A DNA stretch of 64,000 nucleotides from NCBI GenBank assembly GCA_951406725.2, contig OX597826.1:6944001-7008000 (forward strand), read 5' to 3'. This DNA is from Octopus vulgaris (Eukaryota). The first letter of the stretch is position 1. Each line of letters opens with the position of its first letter. This document shows positions 25,601 to 39,905 of the stretch, in pieces. The translations under genes and the position numbers were made by a program. Below the pieces are notes generated by a model. The model saw only the letters and a list, made by a program, of their open reading frames with translations, was not told where the DNA came from and did not search any database.

Positions 25601-25801
25601 ATGACGTGTTTCTCAACTTCTTACAAGAACTATGGTTGGGTGGCGGGTGATGGTCAAAAGGAGAAATTCAGATATTTTAACACTATCAGCAAGTGAGTAC
25701 ATTTTTCCTTGCTTCTATTTCTATTGTTAGTGCTGCCAGTTCTTATGGCTGGTTTAGTGGTAGGTTGTTCCGTGACAGCATTGGTAGCACCTTCAGAATG
25801 A

Positions 25802-25870
25802 TCTTCAAGACACCCCACTTTGCTTCAAAACTCCCTACTTTGCTTCAAGACACCCTACTCTGCTCAAAGA
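25802..25870 (+). repeat. 20-bp minisatellite x3.5 (cttcaagacaccctactttg)
   Basis: Directly visible. Confidence 0.8.
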
Positions 25871-26804
25871 TAGAAGTGAGAAGGTCAACTTGAAAGTTCT
25901 GATTTGATTTAACAAAAAAAAAAAATCCTTCCTTTCCAAAATGTGGCCCCGGGGGACGACTGGCATGGGATAATATCAATAATGGGACCAACTATCTCGC
26001 AACAAACCTGGTGAGCGTAACAAGATAAAACAAAAGGGGTTATATTTATACCTTTATTATTCCAAAAGTTCAAATTTTCTAGCAGCAGCAACAGCAGATG
26101 TAGCAGTAGCAGTAGTAGTAGTAGTAGTAGTAGGAGGTAGGAGGAGGAGGAGGAGGAGGAGGAGTAGGAGTAGTAGTTATGGTGATGGTAGTGACAACGA
26201 CACTGCTGCTGCTGCTGGTGATGATGATGATGACGATATGAGAGTATTTCCTTGTATTTAAATCGCAATATCTCATAATAACATACAGTTAAGTGGGAAA
26301 TATATATATAAAGTTTTCTAAATAGTTTTCTAAATATTTTACTCCTTGTAAAAAGTAACTATTGTAAATATGATGAAGAAAACTACAAAACAAAAAAAAA
26401 ACAAAAATAAAAAACATCACTAGAAATAGGACCATAACAAACAAACAAACAACATAATAGCGAGATACACACCCTTCACTAATTAGCCAAATGATAAAAT
26501 GATGAAAAAATATATGTCGTATCATTCAACATCATGTGTTTCTGTTTAGAGATGTTTGAGTTTTATTTTGATCCACAAGTCAGGTTTGCTTTCCATGCCT
26601 TTTATTATTGTCCTCCTCATCACCATCGTCATCATCGTCATCGCCAGGGCCATCGATGACGTCACAGTCTTTACATTTGTATTCTCTTTTATTTTGCTTT
26701 TCTTTCTCTTAACCTTGTATCTTATTTTTCTTCTATTCCTCACCTTCAAACTATTTTTTATTCGCTTCTTCCCATTGCTTTGACTTTTATTCTTTATCAT
26801 TATA

Positions 26805-26860
<56 letters not shown>

Positions 26861-27303
26861 CATAGAAAACTTGAACTGTTGGAATAATAAGGGTGGATCA
26901 ACAATTTCAATTAATTTTATTAGTAAAGCCTTACCGTGTCATTAGTTCTTTAACGAGTTGCTTAGATGTAGTGGCCATGGGCGAACACATCAAAGCAATT
27001 AGCACTGTAATATTTTCCCTTTAAAAGTCATTAGCAATATTTTATTGCATTATCTCTTGCTATTTAATAAAGTTAGAACCTGTTTACTCAAACTCACACG
27101 CATACTCATAAATGCGGAAGCACACTTTCAAGACCGGAAAAGAAAAAAAAAACACCATGTTTCACCATAAGTCAGCATGGAATCTACACTAAGTTTGTCT
27201 GTCTAACATAATAATAATAATTATTATTATTATTATTATTATTCAGTATCTAAATATGCACGTATATATACATCTATAGTGTGTGGTTCTTATATGCAAA
27301 ACC

Positions 27304-27391
27304 ATATATATATATATATATATATGCATGTACACATTCTTATCTAGATACATATATATATATATATAATATATATATATATATGTATATA

Positions 27392-27474
<83 letters not shown>

Positions 27475-27515
27475 GTATATGTATATATGTATATGTATAT
27501 ATATATATGTATATG

Positions 27516-27560
<45 letters not shown>

Positions 27561-27561
27561 G

Positions 27562-27592
<31 letters not shown>

Positions 27593-27645
27593 GTATATAT
27601 ATGTATATATATGTATATATATATGTATATGTATATATGTATATG

Positions 27646-27706
<61 letters not shown>
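27304..27706. repeat. Long (TA)n/(TATG) compound microsatellite
   Basis: Directly visible. Source of several spurious YI-rich ORFs. Confidence 0.95.
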
Positions 27707-27709
<3 letters not shown>

Positions 27710-28375
27710 TATAACGCACACAGACACACACATACAGAAATGCAATGACAGAAGGAAAGAGGGAGAAATAGATACAACTTGTATATTTTGAATCTTCATA
27801 GTAGAAAATTCATTTGAATATTCTGCGATTTATCTATTACAAAACGTTCTTGATTTGTAATATAATATTTCTCCCAGTCATAGACGGTAGACGTAACTTA
27901 ATTTATAAGAAATTAGGTATCTTGTGACATTTTTTATGCAAAATATTTATCAAGTTGGCTATTGTTTCATTATAGCAATTACTGATAGTTTAATCATACT
28001 GGTACTTTGTCGATTCCGTTAAATCGGCATTTCTCTTCCATGATAACAGATATTCTCTCAAGTTAACATTCTGTGAAAAGCACGTCCGTGGATTCCTCGT
28101 CTGTCCACAACCTGCCATTTACATTATTCTGTGCTCAGTGCCTGATATTTTTAATTAGAATTCACTCAAAGATTTGGATTTATCCCTTATATTTACTGAA
28201 TGAGTATCTTGATACGATTCGCCGTTCTGCTCGGCTCCGAAGTCTTGCAGTTGATTTAGAATAGTTTGTTGTTTCTTTTAGGTTGCCTATTGTGTATATT
28301 TATGTCAACCATTCGATATTAAGGAGAGGCATATTGTGAGTATGTGTGGGCGTGTTTCTGTGTGTGCCTTCGTAT

Positions 28376-28407
<32 letters not shown>

Positions 28408-29769
28408 TTGCGTTTGTCTGCCACCGCTTATCAACCGGTATTGAATTGTTTACGTCCTCGTAATTTAGCAGTTCGGCAAAAATAATTAGTGGGGTCCATT
28501 CGTTCGAATCAACTTTTCAAACCCCAGCTTGGCAACAGTCCAGTGACTGAAACACGTAATAGCTAAAAGGTAAAGGGTCAAAGATTTTGGGACAAACATT
28601 ATTTTTGCTTCGATTTTTACAACAGAATGATGAAATAGTTGATCACGGCGAAATTTGAACTCAGAGCGTTATCGTTGCAATACACACCATAAGCCATTTT
28701 GTCCAACGCTTTCACGATTCCATCAGTTCACCGCTTTTAGTTATATTAGTGCCATAATTAAAATTAAATTGCTTCGATCTCACTTCCAAACCTACAAATT
28801 GCATTCTACATTTCCTCACCTTATCTCTTACCTGTCATATTTTATGGTGAGGATTGTAAAACATCGTTTTCTTATCGAAACTAATTATTAGAATATTCGA
28901 TAGCAAAATACCAAGACGGCGTAGTTCATTGAAACGATTCCCTCTTAGGTCGAATACATATCTTGATGTCCTTGGAAGAAGGAAATGTTATTTTGAAGCT
29001 TGCAGGAGTTGAATATTAAAAAGTAAATGTTGAAACTGAGCAGTTATCTGTTACTTTGTGTTCGACGTTCCAACTTTTATTGAAGTTAATTATTATAACA
29101 GCATGGGTTTATAAAGCTATTAATATTTTGCAAGGAACTTCTGCGTTTCATTGCTTCACGACTTGTAATATCAAGTTAAGTTCATTTATTATTGCTTTCA
29201 ATTTGATTTTGTTTTATTGAAAATTTTAGCTAATTTATGCTATTTAATTTACCATCTCTCAGCTGTATTGATGTCACAAAAACCGTGGATTCTGATAGCG
29301 TTTGAAGTTGGAATGGCAAAGGATGTAATTGCTTGAAATTCTGCTATGATAACCATTGAGATATGAGAGCGAACGTGGACGTACAAATGTGATTAAAAAA
29401 AAAAATACTAACTTTGCTGTTCAAGATTCTTCCCATTTCTTAATTTACCTAGCGCTAAACAATATATTTACATTTTCGACAGAAGGCCGACGATTTTAGG
29501 GGAGGCAGTAAGACGATTAGAAATACCCCCACTGTACAATTGTCACTCAATGCATCGACTCAAGAAAGGTGGAAAATAGAAACCGGCGAAATTTGAACAC
29601 AGCGCATAATGACTTGTAATAAATACTATAAGTGATTTTATCCAACGCTTTCACGATGCTGCCAGTTCATCGCATTCGATTGTACTAATAAGCATATCGC
29701 CGCAATACAATGTTACTTTGAAACCTACTGGAAAACATATGATAACAACATAATGAAAACCTGACATAT

Positions 29770-30075
29770 ATTTGAGGTTATTCAGCTCCCGATCTTAAGG
29801 TTGTGCTTTCGATTTCAGGAGGCGCGATGTAACCTTGGGCAAGGCACTTAAATTCACCTTGCTCCGGTCCTTTCAGCTGACAAAAATGTGTAGTAACTGT
29901 ATTTCAAAGGGCGACCAATCTTGTCATATTCTGTGTAACGCCTAATCTCCCTGAAAACTACGTTAAGGGTACCCGCGTTTGTGGAATGCGCAACCACTTT
30001 GAAGTTAATTTCTCTAGCAGGTTATTCCGTTGATTAGATTAATTGGAATATGCGTCGTCGTAACTGACAGAGTGT
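29770..30075 (+). mobile_element. SINE, head/body type B with tail type 3, diverged
   Basis: CORE-like ccttgggcaaggcacttaaattcaccttgctcc, followed by a tail homologous to 30900-31087. Confidence 0.7.
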
Positions 30076-30700
30076 CAGTTCATGAATCAATATGTTTCCA
30101 CAATTATAATTACTGAAAAAAATAGATTTAACGGTATTTTAGTTGTAGTTATTGCTGTTGCTCTTCGTGATGGAGTTTTTCAATTGTACCTATTCCATAT
30201 ACAACCTGACACTGAAAGTATTCAGTTGAGAAAAGCTCGACAAAATCAATCACATCCTCGATCAACAATACCATGTAGTCAATGTCACCCACTTTTCTAA
30301 GCAAGAATTGGTCTCCTTATTCATCAACGCCATCGTAATTCTTGATATTTTAACATTAATAAATAACATTGCAGTGATTTATTCAGGGCATGGCGCATAA
30401 AGACCTAAAGATCCAGTTAAGTAGTGTAACGGGGATGTCGAAATTTCATGTGCTATCCTATGCAACCAATGTCACGCCGTATAAGATAGAACATGATATG
30501 GTCATTTCAAATGACAAGTACAACATCGATTATCAACTTGATCAACACATTTTAAATTTGGTAAATAATTAAATTTACTTAAATAATTAAATGGAACAGA
30601 GGAACTTGTACTGTAGTGAAAATTGCTGTTGATTACAGGGCGTTTCGGACCATCAGCATCCAGAAAACTTGTGCTGTATTTATGGTATTATTAATATTGT

Positions 30701-31092
30701 GTGGAGGCGCAATGGCCCATCGGCTAGGGCAGCGGACTCGCGGTCATAGGATCGCGGTTTCGATTCCCAGACCGGGCGTTGTGAGTGTTTATTGAGCGAA
30801 AACACCTAAAAAGCTCCACGAGGCTCTGGCAGGGGATGGTGGTGATCCCTGCTGTACTCTTTCACCACAACTTTCTCTCACTCTTACTTCCTGTTTCTGT
30901 TGTACCTGTATTTCAAGGGGCCGGCCTTGTCACTCTCTGTGTCACGCTGAATATCCCCGAGAACAACGTTAAGGGTGCACGTGTCTGTGGAGTGCTCAGC
31001 CACTTACACGTTAATTTCACGAGCAGGCTGTTCCATTGATTCGGATCAACCGGAACCCTCATCGTCGTAACCAACTGAGTGCTTCCATCCAC
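30701..31092 (+). mobile_element. SINE, head/body type A with tail type 3
   Basis: tRNA-like head with B box gtttcgattcc. 11-bp TSD attaatattgt (30690-700, 31093-103). Confidence 0.9.
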
Positions 31093-32074
31093 ATTAATAT
31101 TGTATTCCTAAAGTAGAATGCCGACACCCGGATATTCTAGATCATGGCACTCCTAGCTGGGTTATAAGTGTGGTTACGCAATATATCTTTGCATTGGTCT
31201 TGTGGTTATAAAAGTGAGAGCTGTGAATGCAGTATGATTGTCCTGTGCAAGGAAATTATATAAGCGTGTGTGTTTGCGTATGTGTGTGTGTGTGTGTGTG
31301 AAAAGATATGCTCTCAGAATCCCGTTGCTGAGAACCTCACTATAACTGGTGTAAATAAAATCTTCAATTCGATCTCAGACTAAATTACATACACTTAATA
31401 ACTCCGCATACGTTTTGTTTTTGTTTTCGTTCTTTGCTTTTGTTTATTTATCTCTTATTTTGGTAATGGAATTTATTCGTTGAAATCTGAAGAAATTGCA
31501 AATTATGGTTTTCTTGGCGTCTGAATACTAAACAGATTTACAATTCAAATATCAAACACATATTGTGTAGACAGAAATAACATTTAAAGAAGAAACAACT
31601 CGAATAGATAAATAAATAAATAAATAAATAAGTATAGAAATAAATAATGAAAAAGAATTTGTGTTTTATCTGTAAAAATATAATGTAAACAACTATAGCT
31701 AGCAATGACAAGATAAATAAATTATGAAATATACAAATCAATACTTACTTTGTATGATAAAAATAGATTTTCAAAACCAGGTAGGAATTAAAGCTACCTA
31801 TAAAGTAGTTGTGTACTATTTAGTCTTCGGAAAAATTAAGACAACTGATCACTATTTATAACAAACCGATGTTACCCTACATCAGTGGCTCTCTTCAATT
31901 TGGATCTTTTCGGTTTCAACGGCAGTTTTTTCTAGCGGTGTCATATGAAATTGTCACCCATAAACGCTTAGGTTTTATTTTATCAATGTAATTTCTTCAG
32001 ATGCTTCTTGTCATCTCTTACAGAATTGGTATCGTAAACGAAATCAGGATCGTACGCTAATAAGAAACGTTACT

Positions 32075-32497
32075 GTTACTCTTTTACTATTTTACTCTTT
32101 ACTTGTTTCAACCATTTGACTGTGGCCATACTGGAGCATCGCCTTTAGTCAAGCAAATCGACCCCAGGACTTATTATTTGTAAGCCTAGTACTTATTCTA
32201 TCGGTCACTATTGCCGAACCGCTAAGTTATGAGGACGTAAACATACCAGCATCGGTTGTCAAGCGATGTTGGGGTGACAAACACAGACACACAAACATAT
32301 AAACACACACATACATATATATAAACATATATACGACGGGCTTCTTTCAGTTTTCGTCTACCAGATCCACTCACAAGGCTTTGGTCGGCGCAATGCTATA
32401 GTAGAAGACACTTGCCTAACGTGCCACACAGTGGGACTGAACCCGCAACCATGTGTTTGGTAAGCAAGCTGCTTACAACACAGCCACTCCTACGCCT
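32075..32497 (-). mobile_element. SINE family D, essentially full length
   Basis: Head ggcgtaggagtggctgtg...gggttcagtcccac, internal CA/TA microsatellite, and an (agtaaaag)n tail. Confidence 0.85.
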
Positions 32498-32754
32498 GGT
32501 TACAAAGATTATAGATAGATAGATATATATTTCTGCTTCTGTATCAGAGTCATTTACTTAGTATCTTTCTGTTATGAAAAAGCATTAAAAATTTTCAAAG
32601 AAACACATTTCCGGATGAAAAACATTGCAGATACGCAATGATGGGGATGAATTTGGGATGTAGGTATACATGAAGGATCAGTCAGAATAGTATGCTCAGA
32701 ATCAGAGAGCTTCATAAGAGGGTAGCAATGTTCAGATGTATCTACAAATTGGTT

Positions 32755-32890
32755 TGCATATCTAGCACAACGCCAGCAATTTCAGGGGAAGAGGTAAATT
32801 GATTACATCGACCCCAGTGCTCATCTGCGATAAATTTTATCGATCCCGAAAGGATGAAAGGCAAACTTACTCTGGCGGAATTTGAACTCA
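32755..32890 (-). mobile_element. SINE family C fragment
   Basis: Contains the atcgatcccgaaaggatgaaaggcaaa core. Confidence 0.7.
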
Positions 32891-33394
32891 TGATGATTTC
32901 TTTTATTCGTCTTAAATGCATTTATTCATCTCAAGAATGTTATAATATACTTAAGACTTTAAAATATCCCTGAATTTCACGTGTTAAATTAAATTTATAT
33001 TTATAACATGTCTTGTTTCCCATGAAGAAGCAAGACAGAAGTTTTGCTTCATTAACAGAACCTAATCTGCATGAGGAGTCACAGTTTCACAAATTATAAT
33101 TACAGATATCTGTAAGAAGAAAAAAAACTGCACTAACTGGTGAACTAACAATAATTTCCATACAAAACTAGTCAATCTTACTTCATATTCATTAGCTGAC
33201 TGCAACAAAACCACTGCTCCGACCCCCATTCATCAACTTCCAAATGTCCAGCTGAATAACTTTTACAATAGACAATGCTATAAATTATTTTTAGTGTTCT
33301 GTCTTGAGAAATGTTTAAATTATTTTCGCTAAATAAATAAATAAAACGGGAGACATTTTATTGCTAGAAACTCGGCAATAAGGAACTAGTAATT

Positions 33395-33600
33395 CTTTCA
33401 AACTTTGGCAAAAAGACCAACAATTGTAGGAGGTGGGGGAGAATTAAATCGATTAAATCGACCCCTAGGCTTAACAGGTACTTATTTTATCGATCTCGAA
33501 AGTTTGAGAAGCATTTGAACTGAGAACGTAAACGGCCAGCAGAAATGCCGCTAAACATTGTGTCAGACGTGCTAACGATTCAACCAGAATGCAGTCTTAC
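33395..33600 (-). mobile_element. SINE family C, old copy
   Basis: Diverged core and head (aaatgccgctaaacatt...gctaacgattc). Confidence 0.6.
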
Positions 33601-34422
33601 GTGGACCTAATAACATATCGTTCCATTAATAGATATAGAACGTAAAAACATGATTAGAAAATGCAGATTGAGAAATAGACAGAGGCCGTACCCCAGTACA
33701 TCCCTCATTTCCATTGCAACCATTACTGAAGATAAATATTATAATTATTAAAAATTCTATAATTACGTTTTAAAACTGTAATTCAGTTGCTGCAACTGCT
33801 ACTACATCACAATTCGTATTTCCATATAGATCGGGGAACCGTCGCTACAAAATTAAAACTTACAGCAAAATCTTTACTGCGAATAGCTTTCAACCAATTT
33901 CGTTAGGGTAGACATTAAAATTACATAATCACATTCCTTCTCTAAAACGTAGTGTTATGCTTCAGTTACTAATAAATACTATTAAAAATGACAGCAAGCA
34001 CGTCATAGATCATAGCAACAATCCTGTAGCTATGGGTAACTTTCGATTTTCAGCTAGCTTTAAGTAATTACAGTTTAATTACATGTGTAATACTCTCAGC
34101 TCATGTCAATTTGGCTAGGAGCCGATTGCCTTCTTCTAATATCTTATCTACATATGAATATTTCATTTTCGCTCTCAATCTCTCTCTCTCCTTTTGTCCT
34201 TCTATCTCTCTCTCTCTCTTTCCCGCTCTGTCTCTTTCTCTCCTTCCCCTTTTCTCTCACTTGATTACACATTATTCGCTCCCTTACATTTATTTTCACA
34301 CATCCACTAAAAATCACTTTTTTGCTATATATTCATAGACACATACGCACATGTATAAATGAATGTATGATATATGCCTGTATGTATGTGCATTTATACA
34401 TGTATAAAGCACACATGTATAT

Positions 34423-34482
<60 letters not shown>

Positions 34483-34682
34483 CATAAATATATAATATAT
34501 ATAAGCACATATAGACATGCATATATATATACGTATATATACGATTTCTACATTGAGTGAAAGACGAGATGGACGCTTCGTTTTTGTGCTGGTGCCCCAC
34601 TCTGTCGTACGCGAGTGAGAGGATTTGCATCCCCAACGTAGAATTTATTATGTAACACATGCCCTTGAAGTAGTAATTGTGC

Positions 34683-34760
34683 GCGGCTGAAGAAGGCCAT
34701 AGACACACATTATGCATTGTTATAAATCCGTCTAATAAAGGCCCGAAACATATGTACCGC
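34683..34760 (+). ncRNA. Type I hammerhead ribozyme with extended stem II
   Basis: gcgg-CTGAAGA-aggcc.tagac...gtcta..ggccc-GAAA-catatg-TA-ccgc. Stem I gcgg/ccgc, intact core, palindromic stem III ACATATGT, GUA triplet (34754-56). Lies in a ~270-nt module between TA-rich tracts. Confidence 0.85.
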
Positions 34761-35064
34761 TGAATCCTTGGCGTCATGTTTATTATTTTATTTTGATTAA
34801 TATTTAATATATACGTATATATGTATATATATTTATATATATATAAACACATACACACATAATGTTGGAGCGTTTACTCAAAGCAATCGAACCCAGCACT
34901 TACATTTTCTGCTCTACGTACTTTTTCTATCAACCTTTTGTCGAACTGTTACCGGAACATAAACAAACCCACAACTGTTGTCAAGTGGGAGAAACCAATG
35001 CAAACAGACAGACACGCTATATGCATTAATAGTAATAGTATGAATGAGACTTCGATATTATGTA

Positions 35065-36287
35065 ATGGTTTGGCAACTAAGTCCCCGCCGTCTTCTTTTA
35101 AATTTTAGAATCTATTTTTTTCGAGAATTGTATTTTTGAATCATTTTTCGAATCTATTTTGTATTTTTTCCTAGTTAATTTTAGTTATTTTTTGTTTATT
35201 TTCAGATTATTAAAATGGAATGTCAAGTTAAGAAAAACGAGCATTTTCGACACCTCCTTCCTTTTGCTTTTAATCAAGGTTCTAAGACCGCAAAAGCTGC
35301 TCACGACATTTTTGCTGTGTATGCAGAGGGTGCCAATAGACGAAAGAACCGCTCGTGATTGGTATGCCAAGTTCAAAAATGGAAATTTTCGCCTCAAAAG
35401 ACGCACCTCGTTCTGGCCATCCAGTTGAGTTCGATGAAGAGCAATTAAACCGACTTTTGCACGAAAATTCTCGTGAAACGACAAGGGAACTGGCAGAGAA
35501 AAGGGAATGCTCCCACACTGCTATAGAGAAGCATCTTCACTCGATAGGAAAGGTTCAGAACTATGAAGCATGTGTTCCGCATTCTTTAAGTGACAAAAAC
35601 AAAAATCAACGATCCACAATCTTCGCTGGTTTGCTTGCACGTCACCGCTCAACTCATGGACACAAGCAACGATTTCTTTACGGAATTGTTACTGGCGACG
35701 AAAAATGGTGTCTGTACATCAATATGATGTAAGGAATGGCTTAGCCCCGGTAAACAAGCGACACCCAGCGTGAAACAAGATTTTCATCTGCGTAAAACGA
35801 TGTTGTGCGTATGGTGGGACTGGGAAGGGATTATCCATTACGAATTACTTAAATGGAACCAAACAGTTAAGGTATAACTCTGTGTTCAACAGATGGAACG
35901 TTTCAACACGGCAGTATGGAGTTTTTCTACTGTACGACAATGCCCGCCCTCATATCGCCAATATGACCAAGGAAGCCACTTCGACGCATGGCTGGGAAGT
36001 GCTGTCACACCCGCCGAACTATCCTTATTTGGCACCAACGGATTTCCACCTCTTTCGATCTCATTCAAATGCTATGTGTGGAATTTCGTTCAATACTGAT
36101 GCATAATTGTGAGCTTCGTTGGATCACTTTTTCGAGACGAAATCGGGTGATTTCTACCAACGAGGTATTGAAAATCACGTTGAACGTTGGGAGGAAGTTG
36201 TAAGCAACAAGGGTGAATATGTTTTATTAAACCTTTCAAAAAATTTAAAATTTAAAAAAAACGTCGAGAACTTAGTTGCCAACCCAA
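35065..36287 (+). mobile_element. Full-length decayed mariner transposon (DD34D, mellifera-subfamily-like TIR)
   Basis: TIRs atggtttggcaactaagt / acttagttgccaacccaa with TA flanks; about 1.22 kb. Confidence 0.92.
35215..36225 (+). pseudogene. Mariner transposase pseudogene
   Basis: MECQVKKNEHFRH, DAPRSGHP, CVPHSL (WVPHEL), IVTGDEKW, LYDNARPH and HPPNYPYLAPTDFHLF (YSPDLAPSD). Frameshifted. Confidence 0.92.
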
Positions 36288-36300
36288 TAAATAGAGGAAT

Positions 36301-36760
36301 TTATCTGTAATTTAATGTGACAATTATTCAGTTGCCATAATGAAACTCCGAATTTTGGATGTCGGGGCGGAAATCTGCACCGGCATCTCTTCAGTTATTA
36401 AGACAAACAAAAATGCTATGAAAAGGAACGTTAAGCAAAGGGAAATTACTATTAAAATGACCGTTATTAAGACAAATGAAAGAGCTATTAGTATGACAGT
36501 TAAATAAAGGGAAAAAACCCGAAAGAGAAGAAAGTAAAAGCACTCACCGAATTCGCATATGTATGTATGTACATGCGTGCATACGCGAATTCTATGAGCG
36601 TTTTTCAATTTGTCCCCTTTCGGGGTTTTGCATTTATTTACCGGTCATTCTAATAGCTCTTTTGTTTGTGTTACTGACGGTCAGCTTTATAATAATTTCC
36701 CTTTGTTTAACGGTCATTTTCATAGCATTTTTGTTTGTCTTAATATCTGACGAGATGCCG
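36301..36760. mobile_element. Inverted pair of PLE 3'-terminal (pseudo-LTR) sequences with a degenerate hammerhead
   Basis: 36380-36525 is the inverted repeat of ~36617-36760, and both match the PLE tail at 39670-39907. Minus strand 36331-36398 reads ataa-CTGAAGA-gatg...catcc-AAAA-ttcggag-TT (GAAA mutated). Confidence 0.8.
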
Positions 36761-37689
36761 GAGGGGCTTCCACATAATTTTCATTTTTCACCTTCGCTCA
36801 TAAAACAGTTGGTTTGCCTGGGGCTCTAGTAGAACACGCCCAAAATATCGAACAGTGCAACTAAATCCGAATCTATGTGTTGCAACAGCATTCTGTACGT
36901 AGTTGTGTATGTTTATAGCGAAATTATTATTCTAGAATGGTAAAAATTAATTACTTATGGTTTGTTTTGTTATTCCTTAACCAGGTCAATGACTTACTCT
37001 TTTTTATATTTATTCTGTATATTCTGAATAGGAATAAGAAATCGATAAATATTACCTGTTATTTCCTTTCTTAATTTGTGTATTTTTCACTTCCTATCTC
37101 ATACGACAGAATACCTCAATTTCAAGAATCAGCTTTCCTTTCCAAAATATATCTTTATCAATTCTGTTGTCGTTAAATATTTTACTATATTCTGTCTCTT
37201 TATATAAAATATACTTCAAAAAAAAAAAAAAAATGTTTTCATTGTGACGAATCGACGGTCAGCCGAATGTTATTCGAAATATTCGGCATCGTCGAAAACT
37301 ATTTACTTCCATTCATGTAGCAAGATTTTGATCGCTTTAGCCATTGTGTTGAAAAATTGATTACATTGTGTTTAAGGATTTAAGTGAGACGTGTAGCGAA
37401 GCACTTTCAAAGATCTCTCAAATCACCAGAAAGAGAAAACCCTGACACACGCACACACACACATATGAGCACCAGCTAACAACAAGTGCACATCAAGATG
37501 AAAATTTTGCAGTGTGCATTAGTCTCTCCAGGAACATTTGTAAGTACAGAAATGAAGAGAATTAATTAATTGCTGGATAAAACTGGATATAAATATCTAT
37601 TCACCTTTATTGTAAATTCAGTGTATATTTAAGAAAAAAGCGTGATTTACGCAATTCGACATTGTCGATTTCTATGCCTCTATCTCTAA

Positions 37690-39905
37690 AGAACTACTAG
37701 ATAAAGCCCTCACCTTTGCAAGCGATTTCATAGAAATCAGCACGCAGGATAAGGATATAATCTTCCATGCTAGAAAGACTACTTTTCAGCGAGAACGCAG
37801 AGTGGGTCAAGACTACCGACACAGAGGGTGCTTTCAATGTGAGCATGGGGTCATATGATGCATCAGGCATATGCGATCTTATTGGATTATTTCTACTCGA
37901 TACGTTGGGCAAGACCTTTCCTTAAGTATACTTCGCCATCTAGAAAGATGATGCCCTCGCCTTAACCGCAAATACCAATGGACCAGCACAGGATCGGTTT
38001 AGGAAGGACATTATCCATTTAATGAAAACCCTCGGACTTAGTATAACTACAGACACCAACCTGACGGTTGTCAATTTTTAATAGCGTTGCCCCAGTATAT
38101 AATAAGGCTCTAAAAGATAGTGGTATTAGCGAGGCAATAACCTATACACCTGCCACTAGCCCAACAATAAAGAAGAGAAGAAGAGAAGACATAGGAATAG
38201 AAAAAGCATTTGGTTCACACCTCCCTACTCAAAAGAGGTGACCTTCAATATAGGTAAGTATTTCCTAGCACTGACAGATAGACATTTTCCAGTGAACCAT
38301 ACTTACAGGAAGCTTATCAATAGACACAACTTAGTTTCAGCTCAACTGCCGATTTAAAAAATATAATCGCACACATCACACAAAAACCACAATACGAAAC
38401 CAGCTTTCATGCAGGGATAAAAATTTGTGCGCGCGAGATGGAGTTTGCATGTCCGAGACCATCATCTACGAAGCTACCGTGGACTCTATACCCACTAAAG
38501 ACATGGTTTCCTCGAAGAAATGCGTGGGCCTTACAGAGGGTAATTTCAAAGCCGGGTTCAATAAACACACCTTAAGCTTTAGGCACTGGGATAAAAGGAA
38601 AACGACCAAAGTATCCAGTCATATATGGTCATTAAAAGATAAAGGTGTCGGTTACAACATCCATTGGAAGATTTTAGCCAAGTGTAAGCCCTACACCAAC
38701 GGCAGTGGAAAGTGCGGTCTATGTGATATGGAAAGAGGGCTCATCTGGAAAAGCAGCTTAGACCCCGATACATGTCTAAATTCAAGGACTGAATGTTTCG
38801 GATCTTGCCCATATATGGCCAAATATTTGTTACGCTTTTGGTCCCCCACAAGACTACAGATAGAACTTGCTTTCTATATTGTGTCCACGCGGAAGCTTTT
38901 TATCTCATTATTTCTCATATATTCTTTATTTTGTTTATATTTTTATACATATATATCTTACGTATCTATAGAGATTTTGGATTATAGTTTATTGCATATA
39001 TATTTTTTACACATAATTGTTTCTGTATTCTACTTTCCACCTTGCATTTTCCCCTGTGCGTATATAGACGTGTATATAGAATCCTTTGTGCACGCGTGTG
39101 AATGTGTGCGTGTGTGCGGTTATGTGTGTATATAGATGTGTGTGTGTGTGTGCGCGCATGCGAGTACGTGCGCATATGGACGTATTTTATTCAGTGTTTT
39201 TACACATTTTCCTGTAATTTTGCTCTTGGCCCTGGTTTTTGTGTTAGACGTATGTATAATCCTTTTTGTGCGTGCGTGCGTGCGTGTGTGTGTGTGTGCG
39301 TATATATACGTGTGCAGGTATGTGCGTATATGAGTGTGTGTGTGTGAACGTGCATAAGGGCATGTGCGTATATAGACGTGGTTTACACTTTCTATAATCC
39401 CTCATGCCTTTTTTTCTGTATTGTTACCCTTAACCCTGTGTTTTCTTGTGCTTGTGCGAATGTAAACGTGTGCATGGACCTTTATGATGCGCACGTGTGT
39501 GGGGGGTGTATGTATATAAATATACATTTGGTGAAAGATGCGAGTGAGGATGTGTACGTTTTCAGGGGAGGGTGGATGAATGTATGCGCACGAAGGCGGG
39601 TGTGCGCACGCAGGCGGGTGTGCGCACGCAGGCGGGTGTGCGCACGCACATGTGTAGGTATGAAAAGGTGCGCTTACGCGAATACTATGAAGTTTTACCC
39701 CCTTACCTTACTTAGCGGTCATTCGAATAGCTCTTTTGTCTTAATAACGTTCAATCACACAGTAATTTCCCTTTGTTTAATGGTCATTTTTAATAGCGTT
39801 TTTCCGATGGCCGGATAACTGAAGAGATGGTGACGTGAATTTCCACCTCTGCATCCGAAACTCGGAGTTTTATCTTGGCTACCGAATAATTGTCACATAT
39901 TACAG

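Noticed and set aside
25629-25698. Possible micro-exon (NYGWVAGDGQKEKFRYFNTIS, gtgagt donor)
   Set aside because: Weak acceptor, embedded in decayed LINE-like sequence, and no recognised homology.
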